Shown here in pieces: positions 59,892 through 64,000 of a stretch of 64,000 nucleotides of DNA. The first letter of the stretch is position 1; every line of letters begins with the position of its first letter. Where the stretch lies: assembly GCA_965208125.1 (NCBI GenBank), contig OZ242320.1, forward strand, positions 3,840,001 to 3,904,000, read 5' to 3'. Made by a program: the position numbers and the translations under genes. A model generated the notes under the pieces. The model was given only the letters and a program-made list of their open reading frames with translations. It had not been told where the DNA came from and did no database searches. The stretch comes from Candidatus Latescibacterota bacterium. GTDB lineage: Bacteria; Latescibacterota; UBA2968.

Positions 59892-61313
59892 TTAGGTCCC
59901 AATCTCGTCCAGCAACCTCACCGCCTCCTCCACGATCTTCTCCAGACACCCCGGCTCCACCTTCGCCCACTTCGCCGGCTTGTTACGAATCTCATGCCCG
60001 CCCCGCGGGTAACTGTGACGCGGGGCGATGTAGCCGGCGAAGTCGGTTGTGTTGTGGGCGACGAAAGTATAGGGGAAGGGCGACCGGACTTTGATCTCCA
60101 GTTGGCCTTCGACGAAGGGCTCGCCGGGGAGTCCGACGAGGGCGATGTCGCCGATGCGCAGGACTTGAATCTCATAGGCGAGCTCTGGGGAGCGCTCGCG
60201 CTCGCGCTCCACGCTCATCAGCATGGCCGCATCCATCCAATCGGCGTTCACGCGGCGAGGCGTACTATCTTCATCCCAGCGCGGCTCGGGGTGCTCGGCG
60301 AGGAGCTTCTCGGCGGCTGCGCGGTCGGCGGAATCGGCCTTCTTCAAGGGGAGCGGGACGAGCTTCACTCGTGCGTCCAGCGTGGCCTCTTCTTCGAAGG
60401 TGAGTGCACTGAGGATGTGCCGTGAGGTCTCGGCCAGCGCGCGCCCCATGCGCCGGTGGTCCGGGACGAAATCGGCGTGGAATGCGGGCCACGGGTTTAT
60501 GTTGCCGCAGCAACCGTTGAGCACCAGGGGAACGCACGTTTCACCGCATTCCTCCTGCATCCCGGCGCACCAAACGCCCGGCCAGTCCGGCGAGACGGTG
60601 TAGTGCTGCGTGGCGAACACATTGACCGGATGGCACGTGAAGTGAAGGAGCATAGCGCTCATCTTCATTTTCTCATTGCGCAGACACACCATCCCCACCT
60701 CGGGGTCCGTCGGACCTTCGAGGAAGGCGATGTCCGTGGGGCCCAGCGGCCTGGACGCCCTGGAGAACTGTCCCGGCATCACTATGCCCCCGTCGCGAGT
60801 TACTCCCCTCCGGTTAAAGGCCAGATCATCACGGACCGCCCGGCCAGCGCCGAGTTGGACCGGATGCAAGGCTTTGTCCGCGGCTTCAACGCACGAAAGG
60901 ATTTTGCCGACGGCGTACTCGCAGTACTCAGATTGGGAGCCGCGGAGGTACTCTAGTTCAGGCGGAATGTTGGGCAGCGCCTCGTCGATGACAAAGTTGC
61001 CGAGGGGCGGCGTGGAATGGGATTGCGGAAGATGTACCATGATGTCGTCGGGCGCGATTCCACAGCGGCGCTCAATGCCCTGGCGAATCTTCTGCGTCCA
61101 CGGAAGCGTGGCGATTTCCAGGTCTGGTTGGACGATACAGAGTTTCCGTGTGCGGGATTCCAGCACGAGAGCCCGGGTGTATAGCGGTTCCGCCACCGTG
61201 CGCGCATCGCGTAACACGCCCCACGTGCCGCCCAAGTGTGTGCCTGCGTTCGGCGTTATGTCAATCAGCGCACCGCCGGCCCGGAGGACATTGGGTCGGT
61301 CGGATGTAGTCAT
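59892..61313 (-). CDS. Neutral/alkaline ceramidase-like amidohydrolase, copy 3
   Basis: IDITP, PQSHSTP, NRR, HFTCHPV, DWPG, NGCCGNINP and PGEPF motifs. Confidence 0.75.
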   Translation of the reverse strand: MTTSDRPNVLRAGGALIDITPNAGTHLGGTWGVLRDARTVAEPLYTRALVLESRTRKLCIVQPDLEIATLPWTQKIRQGIERRCGIAPDDIMVHLPQSHSTPPLGNFVIDEALPNIPPELEYLRGSQSEYCEYAVGKILSCVEAADKALHPVQLGAGRAVRDDLAFNRRGVTRDGGIVMPGQFSRASRPLGPTDIAFLEGPTDPEVGMVCLRNEKMKMSAMLLHFTCHPVNVFATQHYTVSPDWPGVWCAGMQEECGETCVPLVLNGCCGNINPWPAFHADFVPDHRRMGRALAETSRHILSALTFEEEATLDARVKLVPLPLKKADSADRAAAEKLLAEHPEPRWDEDSTPRRVNADWMDAAMLMSVERERERSPELAYEIQVLRIGDIALVGLPGEPFVEGQLEIKVRSPFPYTFVAHNTTDFAGYIAPRHSYPRGGHEIRNKPAKWAKVEPGCLEKIVEEAVRLLDEIGT

Positions 61314-61428
61314 AGCGTCTCCTTCTAAAACAAAAGAATCTGTCGGCTGATCAATGAGAAATTCTGCACGAACGATTCTCGCTGCATACAGTGCTAACGA
61401 TGGCGCTGGACACTATCTTCGAGAAGCA

Positions 61429-64000
61429 CTACTGACCGGACAACGCAAGGTTGCCCACTATCTTCCGGAATCGGTTTGCTGCCTCCTGTATGGTCTTTTC
61501 GGTACCGCCGAACATGAGCCTCACATGGTCTCCGGACCCGTACGGTCCGCCGGGCTCGACAGCGACGCCGTATTCTGAAAGCAGCGCTTCGGCAAATTCC
61601 GCGCTGGGAAGGCCGAGTCCGCGTATGTTCAGAAATAGAAATGGCGCTCCTGCCGGGACGGCAAAGGAAATCCCCGGTGCCCGGTCCATGCCCTCTATCA
61701 TCAGGTCACGGTACTGCTGGTACCGCCTGGCAATCTCGTGCACCCAGTCCTGCGGTCCCTCCAATGCCGCCTGCGCTGCCCGCTGGGCGATATGGCTGCA
61801 GGTGAGCACATTCCACTCAAGCACCTTCCGGCAAGCAGCTATCAGGTCCGGGGGCCCGACAATATACCCCAACCGCCACGGCTGCATCGCATAGCTCTTG
61901 GTAAAACTACACAATGTCAGTAGCCGGTCCCGGATCTCTGGAATGGAGGCCGCCCTCAAGTGCTTTCGCCCGTCATAGACCATCTTGTCGTAGCACTCGT
62001 CAGAGAGAATCAAGAGATTGTGCCTGAGGGCCAGCTCCGCGGCCGCCTCGAGATCTCTCTTTGACGCCACATATCCTGTCGGATTTCCGGGCGAATTCAG
62101 GATTACCATGCGGGTCCTTGACGAACAGGCCGCTTCCAGGGCCTCGAGGTCCCAGCGCCAGTTCTGTTCCTGGTGAGTCGGCACGCAGGCCGCGACGGCG
62201 CCGGCGAGGTGAAGCGGGCCGCCAAATTGAAATCCCGGACTGAACATCAGAACCTCATCGCCCGGCGCGAGCAGCGCCAGAAACGCGATGCTCATGGCAT
62301 GCATGGCGCCGTGCGTGATCAGGATCTCCGTATCCGAGTCCGGTCGGATCCCGTCATCGGTTTCCCATCTTGCCGCGATGGCTTTCCGAAGTTCGGGGAA
62401 GCCGTTGGAAGGAGCCATTGCATTCTCGCCTATGGCCTGTTCGGCGGCGGCCAGGACATGTTCCGGCGGCGGCCAGGCGGGCGAACCCTTGAGCGACAGG
62501 ACTTCGCTTCCCACGACATGGAACGAGGCGACGCGGTCCGCCATTTCCTTCGAGCTGACCCTGCCGGCCAGGGCCGCCCGACTCGGTATCCTGGAAAGGT
62601 CTTCTGCAGAGAGATCCGCCGATGCCCTATTTTCATGTTCGCCTGCTGCCAGCATCCTCTGCCGGGTCGTGGCTGTTGCCTCTTCATCCATACTCAGTGT
62701 TAGGGGGTCGATCACCACACCATAAACTTCCCTGGCCTGCTCGAGGCTGACCTTATCATTCCGTACATCTTCCAGGACCATTTGAGGATTCCGTTCCACA
62801 GGCGTGCCCCAGCCGCCGCCGCCTGCCTGAAGATGGCGCAGGATCTCTCCTTTCCTTAACACGATCGCTTCGCTTGGAAGCACAGGAAGAAGTGATTGGT
62901 TCGGACCGGAATAGAGAGTATTGCAGGTTGGAGACCCGGAAAGGCCGCCCTGTAGCCCGTACGGCCGATGCGCCCGTCGGTCCGATCGCATGCTCAAAAC
63001 GGCTTCCTCCGCGAGGATCCTGTATTCTCTCATGAGCGCCAACCCGCCCCGGTATTTTCCCGGTCCGCCGGAATCCATGACCAGGCCGTACTGCAATATC
63101 TCAATGGGGTGACGTGCTTCGATGAGTTCGACGGGCTGGTTAGATTGATTGGCGCCGGGATTGGGAACGCCTTCGGCGCCGTCGCGATCCGGCCGACCTC
63201 CTGAACAGCCGAGAACGGATTCTGTAAAGACAAATGGCTCGCCCTCGTGATAACCGCCAATCGAGGGAAACGTTGCGCCGCCCTCCCCTGCCGCTGGCAC
63301 ACGGTCCGGAACGGCCCCGGCCAGCGCGCCCAGAAGGGTGTCCAGCATCCGAAAGCCCGTAATCCCGCGGGTTGAGCAGGCGGCAGGCAGGACGGGGTTC
63401 ATAATCGTACCCTCCGGTGCGAGAACCCGGATGGGCCGCATATAACCCTCATTGTTGGGGATATCACGCCCTCCCAGACATCGGAAAGCAAGGTAGGATG
63501 CTGAGAGAGTCATCGGGAAGGGCGCATTAATGCCGCCTTTCACCTGCGGCGCGCTCCCGCTCCAGTCCACGACTGCCTCCTCGCCGGCAATCGTGATGGT
63601 CACCTGAAACCGGATCGGTTCCGGTTCGCTGCCCAGACCGTCGATGAAATCCGTGAACTCATAGCTGCCGTCTGGGATGGCCTGAATCTCTTCCCGCATC
63701 ATGCGTTCGGCGAGTTCGAGAAGTTGGTTGAGATAATGCCCCAGCGAATCCGATCCATATTTTTCCAGAAGCTGCATATAGGCCTGTTCAGCCTGGCGGC
63801 AGGCAGCGAGCTGGGCGCGCATATCGCCCGCGACTTCCACAGGTACCCTGACATTTTTTTCAATAAATTTGAATACCGTATCATTGGGTGTTCCCCGGTC
63901 GTAAAGTTTGACGAGTGGAATGCGGAGACCTTCCTGGTAAATCTCGGTGGAGAACGACGTATTGCTCCCGGGTGCGATCCCGCCAACGTCTGCATGGTGG
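61429..64000 (-). CDS. Hydantoinase B / class I-II PLP aminotransferase fusion (5' end outside window)
   Basis: Frame is open to the window edge (HHADVGG, YQEGLRIP); HyuB C-terminus GGGGWG...AREVYGV, then NSPGNPTG, SDECY and SFTKSYAMQPWRLG with no stop between. Confidence 0.85.
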   Translation of the reverse strand, partial: HHADVGGIAPGSNTSFSTEIYQEGLRIPLVKLYDRGTPNDTVFKFIEKNVRVPVEVAGDMRAQLAACRQAEQAYMQLLEKYGSDSLGHYLNQLLELAERMMREEIQAIPDGSYEFTDFIDGLGSEPEPIRFQVTITIAGEEAVVDWSGSAPQVKGGINAPFPMTLSASYLAFRCLGGRDIPNNEGYMRPIRVLAPEGTIMNPVLPAACSTRGITGFRMLDTLLGALAGAVPDRVPAAGEGGATFPSIGGYHEGEPFVFTESVLGCSGGRPDRDGAEGVPNPGANQSNQPVELIEARHPIEILQYGLVMDSGGPGKYRGGLALMREYRILAEEAVLSMRSDRRAHRPYGLQGGLSGSPTCNTLYSGPNQSLLPVLPSEAIVLRKGEILRHLQAGGGGWGTPVERNPQMVLEDVRNDKVSLEQAREVYGVVIDPLTLSMDEEATATTRQRMLAAGEHENRASADLSAEDLSRIPSRAALAGRVSSKEMADRVASFHVVGSEVLSLKGSPAWPPPEHVLAAAEQAIGENAMAPSNGFPELRKAIAARWETDDGIRPDSDTEILITHGAMHAMSIAFLALLAPGDEVLMFSPGFQFGGPLHLAGAVAACVPTHQEQNWRWDLEALEAACSSRTRMVILNSPGNPTGYVASKRDLEAAAELALRHNLLILSDECYDKMVYDGRKHLRAASIPEIRDRLLTLCSFTKSYAMQPWRLGYIVGPPDLIAACRKVLEWNVLTCSHIAQRAAQAALEGPQDWVHEIARRYQQYRDLMIEGMDRAPGISFAVPAGAPFLFLNIRGLGLPSAEFAEALLSEYGVAVEPGGPYGSGDHVRLMFGGTEKTIQEAANRFRKIVGNLALSGQ

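Noticed and set aside
1-64000. CRISPR arrays, tRNA/rRNA, IS elements, prophage
   Set aside because: No regularly spaced direct repeats, cloverleafs, transposase/integrase or phage genes seen; intergenic gaps are short

Overview
Gene-dense bacterial window with about 45 CDS and no rRNA, tRNA, CRISPR array or transposase that I could recognise. The PorV-like barrel, T9SS-like C-terminal domain, alternative complex III, DUF6785 membrane proteins and dockerin-like tail suggest an FCB-group diderm such as Ca. Latescibacterota (inference only). Left part: a signal-less DUF1800/DUF1501/NHL trio, a DUF6785-type membrane protein, an AAC(3)-like acetyltransferase, and a complete actABCDEFG-sco-coxBACD respiratory operon (alternative complex III plus an A2-type caa3 oxidase). 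Next come a desaturase-like gene, a repeat protein with a dockerin-like tail, and a GH-like/DgoD/CPBP/Ldh group. The best candidate for an undescribed system is 26.5-53.3 kb. It starts with a sigma54 activator that has no sensor domain but has tandem AAA+ domains (one intact, one degenerate), followed by tandem palindromic boxes, a correctly spaced -24/-12 promoter and a pseudo-receiver. An outer-membrane module follows (OMP, TonB-dependent receptor, T9SS-CTD protein, PorV-like barrel; no SusD), then two paralogous DUF6785 inner-membrane proteins and eight apparently cytoplasmic amide/ester/sulfate hydrolase genes. A convergent cluster on the right includes a hydantoinase B-aminotransferase fusion that runs off the window end. 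All family calls come from motif recognition, not database searches.
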